Origin: Lama guanicoe | Taxonomy: Eukaryota | Direction of reading: 5' to 3' | Assembly (NCBI GenBank): GCA_013239625.1 | Contig: MU053379.1 | Coordinates: 5,084,714 to 5,148,713, forward strand | DNA length: 64,000 bases | Translations under genes and position numbers: made by a program | Notes under the pieces: generated by a model | What the model was told of the DNA's origin: nothing | Database searches by the model: none | What the model saw: only the letters and a program-made list of their open reading frames with translations | In this document: positions 23,877-39,235 of the stretch, one piece after another | Layout: each line of letters opens with the position of its first letter | How positions within the stretch are numbered: the stretch's first letter is position 1

Positions 23877-24709
23877 CTAGATCAGAGGGGACACGTGTTG
23901 CCAAAGGCCTGGAGGCCACCCTCCCGCTCGGAAAACTCCCAGTGGGATAAACAAGCAGGGCCCCAGCGGCAGCGCCCAAGTCAAGTCCCGACGCGCGGCA
24001 GCAAGTGCGGGGTCACCAACGGCACCTCGAGGCACCTCGACGTGAGCTGTTCTCTGGTCTGACTTTCCCAAAACGTGTTCCTTTCACAGGGAAAAATGAC
24101 AACCCCCGAGCAAACCTGCACTCTTCACGGCCCCCAGCAGCCCACATCCGCGTGGCCAGAACAGCCAGCTGCCCAGTCCTGCCCCCAAACTTCAAAGACA
24201 GCGAGAGGGGCACGCAGCCCCGTGCCTCCAACGGGGGCCGGGCAGGGCCTGGTCCACCCAGCCCCGCCCTCTGCCAGCGGCCCACCCCCGTGCTCAGGTC
24301 TGTGCCCGGGGCTGCAGCCCAGCCTTGGCCAGGGTCCTGGCCAGCCCAGCGCAGCGGGAGCACAGGCTCCCTGCCAGAAGCAGCGGGGGGCAGACAGGCT
24401 TCTGCGGAGCCAGGCTGGGCCCGTGTGCCCCGTCTGCCCTGCACGCAGGCGCAGTGACCCGGCGGGGGTGTGGGAGGGGAAGGAGGCTGTGTTGTGGACG
24501 CACCCCTGTGTGGCGCCTGCACTGCACAGCCTGCACCATGGGGACGTCCCCACCCTGCTGACCATGGGGACAGCCCAGGAGGGTGGACACCCCGACCCTC
24601 ACTGTGACCGGGCCCTGAGACGGCTTTTGTGGCTGTAGCCCCACAGCCCCACACAACGCCTGAGCCGCTGCCACGCAGGACGGCATCCCTGGCAGGAAGA
24701 GAGCGCCTA

Positions 24710-25045
<336 letters not shown>

Positions 25046-25756
25046 TCAAGACTCTCTGTCTTCAAGCCTGTCTCCCAAGGAGGCTGCCCTTCCTCAGGGG
25101 ACCTCAGCACCCCAGAAAGGTACTTGCTACAGGATGGGGTGGTGGCCTGAGTGCCCGGAGCGGCCCTGATGGCTCAGTACCTGGGGCTGGGCAGGCCCCT
25201 GGGTCAAGGCCAGTCCACAGCCGGCTCCGCATCTGGCCACCTCAGCCCTCCTCCCAGCCCCGCTGTCTCAGGCCTGTGCTGAGGTGGCCTGGGCTCTCTC
25301 CCAGCGGACCCTGCCCCAGGCGGCTGCCAGGGCAGGCAGTGCCCTACCCCACCCCCACCCCCAGATCCAATCCTGCTTCCTGGCAGCAAAGACAAAGCAG
25401 ATGCAGGGGCCCCAGGACAATGAGGCACCCTCCAATGTCAGTCCAGGGCCAAGGTCGGGGAACAGGTGACAGGTTCTGTGCCAATTCCACCCATGGGGGT
25501 CCTGGCCATTGAGGCCCCCTCCCTCCAGCCAGGACCTGGCGAGCCCTCCTGGCTGAGTCCCCGCAGTGAGTCTCTGTGGGGAGGGCCCCTGCAGGGGACC
25601 CAGAGGCAGGCGCCCGCTTTCCGCCCCCATTTCCTGTGGCAGCGTCACCAGCCCTGCCCCTGCCCCGCTCTTCCTCATGGGCCTGCCAGCTGCAGGACCC
25701 TCCTCCTTGTCCGCCTGGCCCAGCCTGGGCTGGACGCGAGTCCACCCGACACCCAC

Positions 25757-25835
25757 CTTCCTGCCGAGCTGGAAGGGCACCACGGGGTCGTCCTCCGCGT
25801 GCAGGATGAGCAGGGAGCAGGAGATGTGCTTCACG
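25757..25835 (-). CDS. ABHD12: ABHD12 exon 11 (catalytic Asp)
   Basis: AG/GT, 79 nt; [26 protein letters not shown]. Confidence 0.96.
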
Positions 25836-26500
25836 CTGCGGGAGGGAGACACGCTGGACCAGGGCCCCAGGAGAGGCCGTCGTTCTTAGAGGGAATCCGG
25901 TAACATTTACAGGCAAGCAGGGGTTTGGCTCATAACGTTTGCTCAAATTTTAGTTCTACTTCTGTTTTTAGAACCAAAGCACATAACTGAGGGGAAATAC
26001 TACTTCATTTTTCGTATTATTTTAAAATGTAGATTATTAAATGTTAGCTGAATAGTCAGAGAAGGATTTTTCTTTTTTTTTTAAAGAATTAAAATCCATA
26101 AAACAAAAATATCACAAAGATAATGTCAACAGAATGTGAATGCTGTTCAAAGAAAGAGTCCTTAAACACAACACGTAACTTGCGGTTTAGCTAATGATTT
26201 TTAACACTAAATTTCATAACATCTTCCCAGAGCCGGACACAAATCAGGTGGCCGAGGCAGTTACTTTTTGAATAAGTTACTATTACTGTTTTAATACCGG
26301 TTCAGGACTTCTGGCTTTGACAATTTTCAAGTAAAACAGCTTTATGGACCCCAAAAACCTGTTGTTTCTGTATTTCTTCAACTCTGTAGTCTTCCCACGT
26401 CCTGACCCCTCCGCCCTGCCCCGTCAGAGACGAGCCCCCATGTTCAGATCCCACTCTCCCTGGGATTCTGGTTTCTCTAAACTCTCCTCCCGGTACTCAC

Positions 26501-26583
26501 TTCTCATCATTCGCAAATTGAATCCCGCTGCTTGTGATGGGGTCAAGGAAGAACCAGTCAAACCCAGGGAAGTGTCGGTATAT
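26501..26583 (-). CDS. ABHD12: ABHD12 exon 10
   Basis: AG/GT, 83 nt; [27 protein letters not shown]. Confidence 0.95.
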
Positions 26584-27276
26584 CTGGAAGCGACAGGGAG
26601 ATAGGGCGTCGATTAAAACCCCACAAGTCCAAGTGCCCGAGGTCCACCTGCTTCTGAGCCGGCTGACCTGTGGGACCCCACGAGCTGTGCTGGGTACCCC
26701 TGCCCTCCCTGCCCCCCACCCTCAGACTCCCGGCTCAAGAGGCCCCCAGACTGGCTGCAGAGGGGGCTGCCCACAGATGGAGCTCCTCAGACCCGCTGCC
26801 AGGATCCACTCTGAGACCAGGCTTCCCACACCCAGCAGGCCGCTACCCCCAAGAAGATGGGGTCCACACGACGTGGAAGAAGAGCAACAGCAAAGACACA
26901 AGACCCAACAGAGGACAGCACAAGGTGGGGCGGGTGGCGCCACGCAGAAGGGGAGGAAGAGACGGGACAGAGAAGCCCAAGAAGCTCCGAGGCCTCAGTT
27001 CTGGCCGGTCTGGGCCCGAAAGCAAGGAATCCCCAGCGGGGCTTCCCTGGACCGAGAGCGGGAGCCCACCAGCCCCACTGCTGGGGATGCAGGGCCTCCT
27101 GGGGGCCCAGCCACCCTCAGACAACCTGGCACAAAGTGGTAAGCTTCCCGAGCAGCTCTGTGGTCAGGCCAGTGCCCAGAACTGAATGAGAAATAACTTT
27201 AAATAAAATTTGTGTCCATATGGATATTCAACTAATAATTCTTACGATATTCTTATTTATTTATTCTACATATTTA

Positions 27277-27705
<429 letters not shown>

Positions 27706-27803
27706 CTACCGCCCACCTCACAGGACCCCGGCAGGGCCGGGAGCACAGCCAACGGCCAGCACCGAGCCTGCCCCGCGACCTGATGGTGACCCCGCGCCCC
27801 TAC

Positions 27804-27841
27804 CTCGCTCACAGAGGCGCCGCACCAGGTTTGTTGCCACT
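27804..27841 (-). CDS. ABHD12: ABHD12 exon 8
   Basis: AG/GT, 38 nt; VATNLVRRLCER. Confidence 0.94.
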
Positions 27842-28765
27842 CTGGGGACAAAGAAAAAGAAGTTCGGGTGAATCATGACAAAAATTGTTTCAGATGAGAC
27901 TGTTCTACTCAAAAGTGACAGGGGAAACACAGGTGCCGCTGCCATCAGCCAACCCTCCAACAAGGATGCCAGGAGGTCCACCTCCAGTCCCGAGGGGCGC
28001 CCTGCACCTTGCCTAGGCAGCCTCCCTCAGGGGCTCACACCTGGTCAGTACGGGTGATGCGGGGACAGGCAGGAGGATGGGAGGGCCCAGGGCCACCCCG
28101 TCAGCCAGGGGAAGGCATTCCTGGAAGCGGCAGCACTTGGAGCTCCCAAGCCTGGGGGCTCCTGCCATCCCAGGACCACGGCTGGCGGGGCCCATGCAGG
28201 TAGTCAGGGCCGGAGGCCTGCTCCCCTCTGCCCAGGGCTCTCTCTCCCTGCGAGGGTGGGCGGGCAGGACCCGTCCCAGACACTGCCTGGCCTGCAGGCC
28301 CCGCTCAGCTGCAGCCACCACGCCCGAAGGCAGGCAGGGGAAGAGGGCAGTGCCGGAGGCCTCGGCTCCCTCTAGGAACACCAGCCTCACACTCGCAGAG
28401 GCCACTAAGGAGGCCCAAGTGGACCCTGAGGGGCCTCCTGTCTCAGCAGGTGGAGGACAGAACCACCACTGCCACCTCCCCACGTTTGGTGATGATGCCA
28501 CACAGAGGACCAGAGCCCCGGCTGCTGGGCTTGCGGGGCGTGGGCAGACGGAGGGACCCTGTTCTGCTGGGACCCACCTCCACAGGCACAGTCCCACTGG
28601 AGCGAGTCCAAGTTCTCCCTGCAGAGGAGCTGCGGCACCCCAGCCCCCTCGTGGTCTCTGTGGGCTTCACAGGACCCAGAGGCCGCTGGGGCCCCTCGAA
28701 GACCTGGCCTGGAAAGTTGCCCCGAGGAGACCTGCTCCCACAAAGCCCACGCTGGGCGCTCTTAC

Positions 28766-28895
28766 CCAGTGCCGAGGGAATGGCCCCAGACGTACACGGG
28801 GCTGTCTCCACTCCGCGCTTTGATCCAGTCAAAAACATGGAGTGCGTCGTACGTCATGCCCCGCTCCGACGGCATTCCGACCGAGTCGCCCCAAC
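28766..28895 (-). CDS. ABHD12: ABHD12 exon 7 (nucleophile GHSLG)
   Basis: AG/GT, 130 nt; [42 protein letters not shown]. Confidence 0.96.
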
Positions 28896-29899
28896 CTGGG
28901 AATGCGGCAGCAGGGGCACGTCAGGCACAGCCTGCGGAAGCCCTGGAGCAGCACGCCCCCCGCCCGCCATGGGCAGGCCCGGCCAGCGGCCAAGCCGGCT
29001 CGCGCTCTCCCTCCTCCCCAGCTCCTCACAACCTCTGACCCCAAACGGCCGCCAGCAGCCCTTGGCTGAGTCTTGATGAGCAGCCGGGGTGGTCAGACAC
29101 GCAGACCCCATGGCACTGAAGAGGCGTCCATCTGCGCGACACCTGAGCATTGCTGGAGGCCACCCCAGGATGCACTGACAGGCTCGGTCGGTGAGAGCCC
29201 AGCCCTGACTCCATGGCCCGGCTGTGGCCGGGCCGTGGATAGGTGTGGAGTCAGGAGGCTCCCACATGGGCAGGTTCCGGGCTCAAGGCAACCCTGACCC
29301 AGAAAGGAAGGGGCTCTAGCACCCTGTCTGTATAACAGAGGAATCCCCTGAGCCATGACCTCCCCGAGGGCCCTTCCCTTCAGGCTCCAGGCAAAGTGTG
29401 GCTGTCATTTCCAGCAGCCCAGCAGTGAGTCATCAAGTGACCTGAGAAGCACCACATGCTCAGGAGGAGCAGGTCCTGCTGCAGAAGCAAAACCCAGAGG
29501 CAGCAGCACAACAGGCCACCTGCCCAGGGTGGCCCAGACCCCGGTTCCAGAAGGAGCCATGCAAGGGACACGAGGGCTCGGGGCTCTGGTGGGGGGCAGG
29601 GACACGGGGAGACGGGGACAGAGAGACAGGCACCGGCACAGGGAGCCACAGCAGAACTCCCGGCTTTTACATAGCTTACAAATGCAGAGACCCAACAGGA
29701 GCTGAAAAGAACGAGTGCCAGACGGGACTGTACCTCTCGTCAGGAGCACAGGGAGGCGAACGAGGAAGAGGGCCGCCCCTCACTACCTCACGGGTCTAAC
29801 AGCAGCAGCAAGAGGAAGGGAGGAGCCTCGCCTCAGTTTTTCTAACCCAGCACCTTCCTCCTGATGGACACGCTTCCACAGAACGACCCCTGCCCTACA

Positions 29900-30320
29900 G
29901 TCTGCAGAACGATGGCCCCAAGGGTGTCCACGTCCTGGTCTGAGACCTGGGACTGCCACCTTCCATGGCAGGGCAGTGAAGGGTGCAGAGGAAAGGCCGC
30001 AAGCCAGCGGACACGCGTTGGGCGACGATCCCGATCAGCGTGGGCCCCACGTCGTCACAGGGCCTTCACTGGCGGGCGGGAGGGGAACGGAGGTCGGGGT
30101 CAGAGTGACGTGGGCTCAAGGAGCCCAGGGAGGAAGAGGGGCGGCCTCGAGGGGCTCAGAGAGGCAACGAGCCGGACTCTCCCTGGAGCCTCTGCCCACA
30201 CTCCACGTATCCCAGCAGCCGAAGAGCTGAGCTTCTGACCTCCAGAGCCTCAATGTCATACATCTGCGCCGTTTCAAACAGCACGTGTGCAGTGATTTGA
30301 GGCCGCGGCAAGAGGAAGCC
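29900..30320 (+). mobile_element. Degenerate MaLR (MLT1-type) LTR
   Basis: gcagaacgatggccccaag...gtccacgtcct start and cttctgacctccaga motif resemble recalled MLT1 consensus; boundaries approximate. Confidence 0.5.
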
Positions 30321-30886
30321 GCCACGACGCCCACGTCCAGGTGACAACTGGCTCCTGGGTCTGAGGATGCTGACCCTCCCTCCCCGCAGGTGAGCCGGCC
30401 CAGAGGCCTCAGCCCGCCAGCGGCCCGGCTGAGGCCCAGCGAGGCACACGCTTTCCCCCCACTGCTCCCTGTCGACACAAGCCTTTCCCTCACACACCGA
30501 ACTGCAGGTTCCTGAGCTGCCTGGGGGGGTGGGGAGCAGGCAAGAAAGAAGAAATCCTGAGGGGAGGGAAGAGGGGTCTATCTAACTTCAGCAAGACGCG
30601 CTCCGCTGAGCACTAAGCCTGCCTGATGTCCAGCTGTGGGGAAGTCTGAGTCCAAGGAAGAAAACAGAGTGTTGTTTACGCTTAAAATGCAGCCAACAGA
30701 GGATACGTGCTGGGTTCCAGGTGCCGGTGCCTCCCTGGGGGGGAGGATGCGCATGGGACACACAGGAGACTACCTGGACCCTCCACCACCTCAGTGCGCT
30801 CAGAGACGCCACCAGTCAAGGCAGTGAGGCCTGCCCGCCTGGGGGAAGGGAGGGGCCCGCTAGGTGACCATCCACAGAACCCTCAC

Positions 30887-30932
30887 CTCTGTAGTCAAAA
30901 GTGACCACGTGGTAACCGAGGGAACTCAGCAC
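30887..30932 (-). CDS. ABHD12: ABHD12 exon 6
   Basis: AG/GT, 46 nt; VLSSLGYHVVTFDYR. Confidence 0.95.
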
Positions 30933-32403
30933 CTGAAAGTGAAAACAAACACCTGGGCAACAAAGCCGAGCACCGCGGGTGGGGGGCAGCGCAGCTCCAC
31001 CCACACCCACCCCGAAAACTGGTCTGTGGGACGTCGGGAAGACGCCACCTCGCTGCCCCGCCCTCGTGGGGCCTCTCAGCACCCAGACGTCAGCAGCTGC
31101 TGCAGGCCACACAGAACGTGCAGGGAGGCCTCCCCGCGCTTCCATGGCCCTGGAACGGCACCCCCGCCTTCCGAGGGCCTGGCAGGTTGAGGCTGTCCCA
31201 GTGCTGCCAGGGACTCTGACCACCCAGCGACCCAGGAGGAGGGACCCCACGGCGTGGAGACCACATCTGGGGACCCTGACTGCAACCCAGCATTGCTCGG
31301 ATTTCGCTGAACTTTTCTCATTTTTAAAAGATCTCTCAGGATTACGGGCCTGCTTTCATGAGATCACTACCCACAGCCCCCACCCAGGCCCTTGGAGGGT
31401 GTACCCAGAGCCACATGGAAGCTGCACCCACTGTGACCAGTGACTGGAGGTATGCTCCTGTCCCTCCGGAAGAGAGTTGGCCCAGGCCACACTTCCTGCC
31501 AGCCCCCAGCCCAGCAGGGCCAAACCCTCTGCTCCCGGTGCAAACCTTTCTAGGAGAGACTAGACGGGAGGGCAGCTTTTCGGCCACTTCCCTTCCCTGT
31601 CTGGAGCCAGTTCACTCCAGGAATAAGCCCTCCGACAGCCCAGAGCCAGCCATGGGGTGCAGGGCGGAGAGTAGTGTCCACAGGGTGCACAAGTCCCCGT
31701 ACGTCTGCCTTGTCCCCTCTGCCTGCATGTGATGGGCGTGATGGCCCTGGACGCGGAGCCACGGCCCACGTCAGCTTCAGGACCACACGCCCAGTGATGA
31801 CAACTACACAGAGGGGACGGTCTGTTCCCCACAGGAGCCCCCACGCCCAGACACCTGCTGGTGCTTCCACTACGTTGGCCTGGCATCTGTTTCAACTGCA
31901 ACCTGCACCTGGTGGACACGAGAAACCTCTGTGTGGGCAGAATTCCGAGCCCAACCCCAAGGAAAGGGTGCCTCCCTGGCCTCTCAGTCCTCTGGGACTC
32001 TTGTACATGCATGACCCAGCTACACAAACAATTTCAAACGACTTTTGTGTACTCTGCCAACATCTGGCATGTGACTGACAAAGTCCATTCATTCCCATCT
32101 TGGAAACCATCCCCAAAGGCAGCCACACGGGAAGCACTCCACAGTGAGACGTCCGTAAAAGGCAGCTGGAAGATCAGCAATGATCAGCTCCCAGAATTAT
32201 CAGGGGGACCATCTTCTGCTCACGCCCCCTGGAAGGGACATCCAGGAAACAGCAGGCAAGCAGTGCTCTCTGCAGCACGCCGTGCGGGCCACACAGCCTG
32301 TGGGACCTGCTCCGACCACCTGTCCACTGTGTGGACCCTTCTGTCTGTCACAAACTGTGGGCACCGCTCTGTCCATCCTAGCCCGTGTGCCACCCTCACC
32401 TAC

Positions 32404-32434
32404 CTTGTACAGCTCCACGCGGTGGTCGCCTCCC
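32404..32434 (-). CDS. ABHD12: ABHD12 exon 5 (31-nt small exon)
   Basis: AG/GT; GGDHRVELYK; frame fits exons 4 and 6. Confidence 0.93.
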
Positions 32435-34896
32435 CTAGGTCAGGGCAAGGAAACAAGAACAGCGTTAGTGCACCTTCCCACTAAGGAGGCCCAGGACCAG
32501 CCCTGGAGCACCTGGCCTTTTGTGCTCGGTCCCCAACCTTGCACAGGGAGAGTGGTGGACGGGTGGCCTCCTCCTCGGGGCAACTATGTGGCTCCCAGCT
32601 TGCCTCTGCCATGTGGTGCCAAGCAAGGGACAGTCTGGGCTCCATGGGATGTTTCTTAATTATCACCTCACGTTTGTTTTGACCTGGCAATGCAGACCTG
32701 CTGTACAAACCCCGGAAGACATGAGGGCCCTCAGCTCCCCAGTGTCCAGGACCACACAGAGGGCAGGCGGGAGCACTTCCTTGCCGGCCCACACACCAGT
32801 GGGACGGGCCACAGGCACCTCCTGCCTCAACCTTTCCACCTAAGGAGCCGCGGCCGGCTCAGAACTGTCCTCTCGGCCGCTCACACTCCTCACTTCGTGG
32901 TCACTTCGGCCCTGACCCACCTGCTGCAAAGTGAGGTTTGGAGCTGCAGCAGCCCCACCCAGCGTCCTCCCACATGCGTGCCCGTGGGTGGGGTGCTGGC
33001 GAAGGTGCCACCATGACCCCACGGCTACTGCGGCTCTGCCAGCCCCTGCCCAGCAGACACGTGCTGCGGTGGGTGCCACAGCAACAGGACGTCACCCCTG
33101 CACCTCTTCCTCCTCTTTCTGCCCAGAGGCTGCCCAGCTGAACTGAGGACAGACACCAAAGCGGGGACAGGGCTGCCTTGGGAGAGGGAACGGGGGAAGC
33201 GTGTGGTGGGCAGGCTCACCCTCACCAAACTTCCCAGCTCTCTGTCTTTTTTATAATGAGCGCCTGGCCATTTCAGGAATGTGTGCTCGGGGAAGGCGTG
33301 TCCCTGGGGGAGGCAAGAACAAGATGGAGGAGAAAAGCCAGTAAAACCCAGAAACAAACATTCAAACGACCGAGTCTCAAGACCAGAAGGAAATAGTGAA
33401 ACACTCTGCTGTCTCTATAAGAGGTCATTGTGGCTCTTTCTTAAACTTCCCCAAAACTGAGCCTAAGCAAGAGGAGGGATTCAGAGTGTGACACAGTGTT
33501 GGGGGCAGCCGGGGGTCTGGGTCTCAGGGAGCCAGGGCTGCCGCCGTCCTGCCCGGCGCCCGCCCTGAGCAGTCCGCGGAGCATGGGAGGGGGCAGCAAA
33601 CCCTCAAGTCACACGATCCTGCCATCCTGCAGTTACGGGCACTTTGTTACCATGTGACTGGCACTGCTCACAGTGAACTCCAAACTTCCCTCACTCACAG
33701 AAGGAGGCTCCAGGAGATGTTTGGAGCCACCTGCTCTTTGAAAAGCAGAAAGAGAAACCCGCCACAGCTCATCCCGGACCCAGGAGAGAAGGCTGCCAAG
33801 TGTGTCTGAGTCAGAGCTCAGCGCTCTGCTCTCTCGGCCCAGGATGTCCTCAAGGCCCCGGCTTCCTGGGACGTCCTGCCACGTCCTCTGGGCAGCCCTG
33901 TCCAGACACCGGCCGTGGCCTGCTTTCCCTCCAGAGAGGCTGGCGTCGTCCTCCTTGCTGCCTGTGAAGTGACCGCCCGCAGCCCAGCCCTGCGGCGCCC
34001 ACCTCCTCGCTAGCTCTCGTGCAACCCAAGGAAGCAGCAGCAACAGGGACGCTCTCTGGGGTTTCAGGCGACGCTTGTTCAGAAAATGCCTCTTCTCTCA
34101 CCCCACCAGCTCCCCTGCAGACTCTCAACAAAGCCAACCATGTGGGCTGGAGGGGGCCTTCTTTAAACAAGGATGGGCTCCAGTCCCCGCTAGTCCAAAG
34201 GATGCCTGTTAAACCCCCCGAAGAGCATCTGGGGTAACTGGGCGAGGGCTTCATCTGCAGAGACACGGGTGCCTCCTCCATGGCCCAGAGGCAGGTCTGG
34301 CATCGCAAGCTCCCGGCTGGACACACGCTGGCCCGATAGCACGGCAGGGCAGCCCCCGAGGACAAGCCTGTCCCTGCATGCTCAGCTGGGGTCTCTCTGC
34401 GTGGGTCCCCCGGCCTTTGGCCATCCCTCCTTTGATGTTGCCCTCAGCACCCCCGCAGGAGTGTGCCTCCCCCTCCAGTAGGGGACGCCTGCCAGTGAGA
34501 AAGTGTCCTCAGACCAGGATGGCAGACGGCACCGCCTGCCCACTGAGAAGCCTTGCTCCTAAACCAGGAAGGAGGACACCCGCTCTGGCTCAGGCTCTGG
34601 GGCCCTCCGACAGACGCAGCCGCCTCCACCCCACCCCACCCCAGGGGGAGCTTCAGACCAGGGGTTTCTGGACACAGCCGCCCACAGCTGCTCAGCCGGT
34701 GGCTCCGAAGCAAGGGAGGCCCAGGCCCTACTGCACGCAGCGCTGCTGTGCTCTGGGGCTGCGGGAACACGGCTTGGTGTCAGCCTCCCCAGGCCCAGAG
34801 GGACTCCGCCGCCCCCAGCTCTCAGGCTGCCCACAGCCCAGGCGCTCGGGCCCCTCACCACGGAGAACCCTGCAGGCAGGACACGTCTCCTCCTCA

Positions 34897-35262
<366 letters not shown>

Positions 35263-36925
35263 TTAAATCATGACCCCTTGGAGGCAGCACGACGCTGCCG
35301 TGCACACCAACTCAGCGACGCTGGTCTTCGCGGGTGCAGCCGGCAGAGCCGCCCGAAGCCGGCCTGGTGCTGACCCACCTCTCCAGGGGGACCCCAGGCC
35401 CACACGGCAGCCCAGACTCCTCCACGCCTGGCCAGGCACACGGACACTTGGTCTAGCTGGCCAAACCCTCCTGCAGAGGGTGCTCTGGTTAATCTTAACT
35501 CAGGACACAGCAAAGTCACTGTTAACTGGGCAGGGTCTGATTCAGGAAGGGTGCTCTGTAAAACCTCAACTTCATTCAAGGGCAGACTTACAAATATTAC
35601 ATAGCCAATTTCTTCTCTTCTAGGTCTAAGTGTCAGCAGCTCATTTCTAACAGCTTCTCTCTGACCTGGCTCAGAGGATCAATCGTGGGTGGTTCTGACC
35701 ACTGCAATTATCACCCTCCAACCATTACAAACCTACGACACAGAAGGCACATTTCAAGGTGCGGGGAGCTGGTGAGTCCCAGAGGTCAGCCTACTTGAAA
35801 CCTGGAGCTCCTGATAAAGGCCCAGGCAGTGCCCAGCCGGCTGTGGGCCCATCCCTGGGCTCCTCCCGCTGCCATGCTGGGAAGGAGCTGACGGCTCTCC
35901 CCAGCTCCTCTGCTGAGGGAGGACCTGTGAGGGGCCGGTGAGGGAGCTGCTGCCACCCAAAGGTCCCCACCACCATCACAGCAGCGGCAGAGAGAGACTC
36001 ACGTGGTCACCACCAACGCCGTTCCCAGGTAACCGCCCACAGACACCCGCCCCGCTCTGCTCACGGGAGAAGGCCCGCTGGGCCTGTGTCTTCAAAGCGC
36101 AAGGCCCACCCCCAGCACAAGGGCAGCCAATGCCCCTGACAGGTCTGAGCCAGACACAGGGCTCTGACTGGAGATGGAAATGCGAGTGGCCCAAAAGGCC
36201 CTGCTGTAAATGCTCCGCTAAGGCAAGTCAGAAAGACCAGAGGCAACCCTGGTCTCAGCACTGAGAACTGGAGCCTGCCTTCCCTGCAGGGCCGTCACCC
36301 AGGACGCCTGCACGGGGGCACCACCCGAGCACTTCACCCAGAACCTTCTCACAGCTCTGCTGAGACAAAGGCAGCGATTCAGAGCTGTTCCAGGGGAAGG
36401 AGAGGAGAGGCCACAGGAGAGCCCTGTCCACAGAAGAATAGCAGATCATACTCCGAGGAGACACAAGACGTCACAGGACTTAGGTAGGTCCAAGCTGAAA
36501 GCACAGCTAGAAAGCAAACACTAAGAAGACACAAATGCCACCCCATCAACGATGGAGAGAGCCACTCCCAACCCCTCGCCAGACGGGGAGCTCAAGCCTG
36601 CCCTCGCAATTCCCGGCTTGCACTCTCCTCTTCTAGCTTCAACCCCCCGGAAACAAGGCTTTGTGCAGAGCCCAGCCGGCCCACAAGGCCTTCGCCGTGC
36701 AAGCCCTCGGAGCAGAGCCGGTGCGGCTGTCTCGTGCTCCATCAGCATCCAATACAGCCGAGCTCTTCTCTTGGAAACAGCGGGAAAAGATAAAAACGGA
36801 CAAGCACCAGTCCAGAGCCTGCTGTCAGGACAACACCGGACACAAGACACGGGCCCTCCTGCCCCTTGGAGAGGCCCAGAGCCAAGGGGTCCAGAGAACC
36901 CTGAAGCCCTGAGGGCACACGCTCA

Positions 36926-37198
<273 letters not shown>

Positions 37199-38789
37199 TC
37201 AGCAAGGTCGGCGTCCGAGAAGAGACGGACTGAAGGTGGTCTGAAGAGTGAGAAGATGCCAAGCAGGGAAGGGAGGACTCTTGGGAGGCCTGAGGGTCAG
37301 CCTGGCACGACAGAGGGTGGAGGCAAGGAGGCCAGCGAGCCCTGCAGAAGCAGCTCAGGCAAGTGAGCTACGCCCGAAGGCTGGAGCCAGGTGCTGGGGG
37401 AGGGACAGCAGGAAAGGTGACAGATGGACATGTGCCCTCGACCTGGGCCAGCAGGCTTGACAACCACCTGAACGTGGGTGTGAGCCAGGTCTGTGGGGCC
37501 CTGAGGTTTCCAGTGCTGTCACTCAGCAGAGTACAGCCGAAGAGAGGAGTGGGTGCAGGGAGAGGAGGACCCACGGACCCCATCCAGGGTGCAGGGACGT
37601 CGAGGGAATGGGACAGCAGCTACTCGTCAGCCCTGAATCTAACAGGTGACCTGCCAAAGGGCAAATGCTGGATGAAGGCGGTGCCCCCACAGCCTTCAGA
37701 CAGAGGCGACTTAAGGCCTTGGACCTGGAGGAACCTCATGAATTACAGGGAGTGAGACAGCAGGGAAGTAGGTAAGACAATCCTGCTGCCACGCGATCCC
37801 ATGTCGTTGCGCAGACAAGCAATGCTAGCGCCAGCACGCACGCCGCGTGTGGCTTGGGAAGGGGAGAGGCACGCCAGGCTGCTAACATGGGTTTCAGGTC
37901 GGGGGGGTATGGAGGAGGGCGTCAATCTTCCCTTGTACACCACTGCAGTTTTACTGCTTGTGGTGAACACGATTTTTGCAGTTTTAAGTTATGTTTAGTT
38001 GAAAAATGAAAAACTGATTAAAAAAAAACAAACCTAAAATCTTGAGGTGGGATTTGCTCATATTTTATAAAACAGCAATGCCCAGAGGGGGTTGGGGACA
38101 AAGGGCAGAGTGGTCCTGACTTTCAGCCAGCCCCACCTTCTCCCAGGAAGTCATGTGACTCTTTGGCTTTCCTTGGGGAAGGCAGCAGTTTCCTTAGTAA
38201 CCTACACAGCCGCGCGGCGCAGGAGCCCAACGTGGCCACCTCCCTCGCTGCCCCCTCCCCAGCCTCGCCATCAACATCCTGCCCCACGACCTTTGTGCTG
38301 CTGTCCTTCCTCCAGAATGCTCTCCCTACCTTTCGACTCTCACTTCCTCAAGTGTCCCCACCACTCAGGAAACATTCGCTGAAAAGATGAAACAGCTGAC
38401 TTCACGAGGACACGGGTTTACACACGCGCTCCTTGCCCCAGCGATTTCCTGAGCAGCTCAGACCACACGGGCAGACAAACCCTCCCCCAGGGCTGCTTCT
38501 GAACCCCCAGCTTCTTAATCCACCTCCTTCCCAAGAAGCAGCCTACATGCAATATTATTATTAATGTTACCTTCTCTCCAGAAAGACGGCACTCAGAGCT
38601 GCTGGTGCTCCTGCGGCTGCCACCCAACCCCCCGCCCCACACAGCACCCGTCGGGCGGGCGACTGCTGACTCAGCCCCTGCCCCTCGCGGCGCCACGCGG
38701 TGAGCAGGATTTGCAGCCCGCAGCCCGACTCCAGGGCCCGCGCTCACGGCAGGCAAACCGTCTGATCCTGGTGGGCCTGTGAAGCGCTC

Positions 38790-39235
38790 GTTAACCGTCG
38801 CACTGCGTCCCTCAAAACAGGGGGACGCTGAAGTCCTAAGCCCGAGCACATCGGAACGTGATCTCATTTGGAAACAGGGTCTTAGCTGAGGACATCAAGC
38901 CTAGGGAAGGTCGTTGGGCAGAGCTGCTGTCCTTATCGAGAGGGGGAGCTAGAACACAGAGACCGAAAGGACAGAGGGAAGACAACCCAAGCCACAGGCA
39001 GAGGGCAGCGGTGTGACGGAGGCAGGGACTGGGCAGTGCAGCTACAAGCCAAGGACACCGGCCACCCCCCGAGGCTGCAAAAGGCAAAGACGGCGCCACC
39101 CACTGTCTCAGAAGGGCACGGGCACCAGGCTCCTGAAGCTCCAGAGGTGGGACAATGCGCTGCTCCTGGGGTCGCAGGCCCCCGTGCATATCTGCTGTGC
39201 TGTGTACGACGTTCTCAGAGGCTGCGGGCCTGGTC
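38790..39235 (+). mobile_element. MaLR (MLT1-type) solo LTR
   Basis: tgaagtcctaa...gtgatctcatttggaaacagggtctt, ctacaagccaagga and ctccagag motifs resemble recalled MLT1 consensus. Confidence 0.65.
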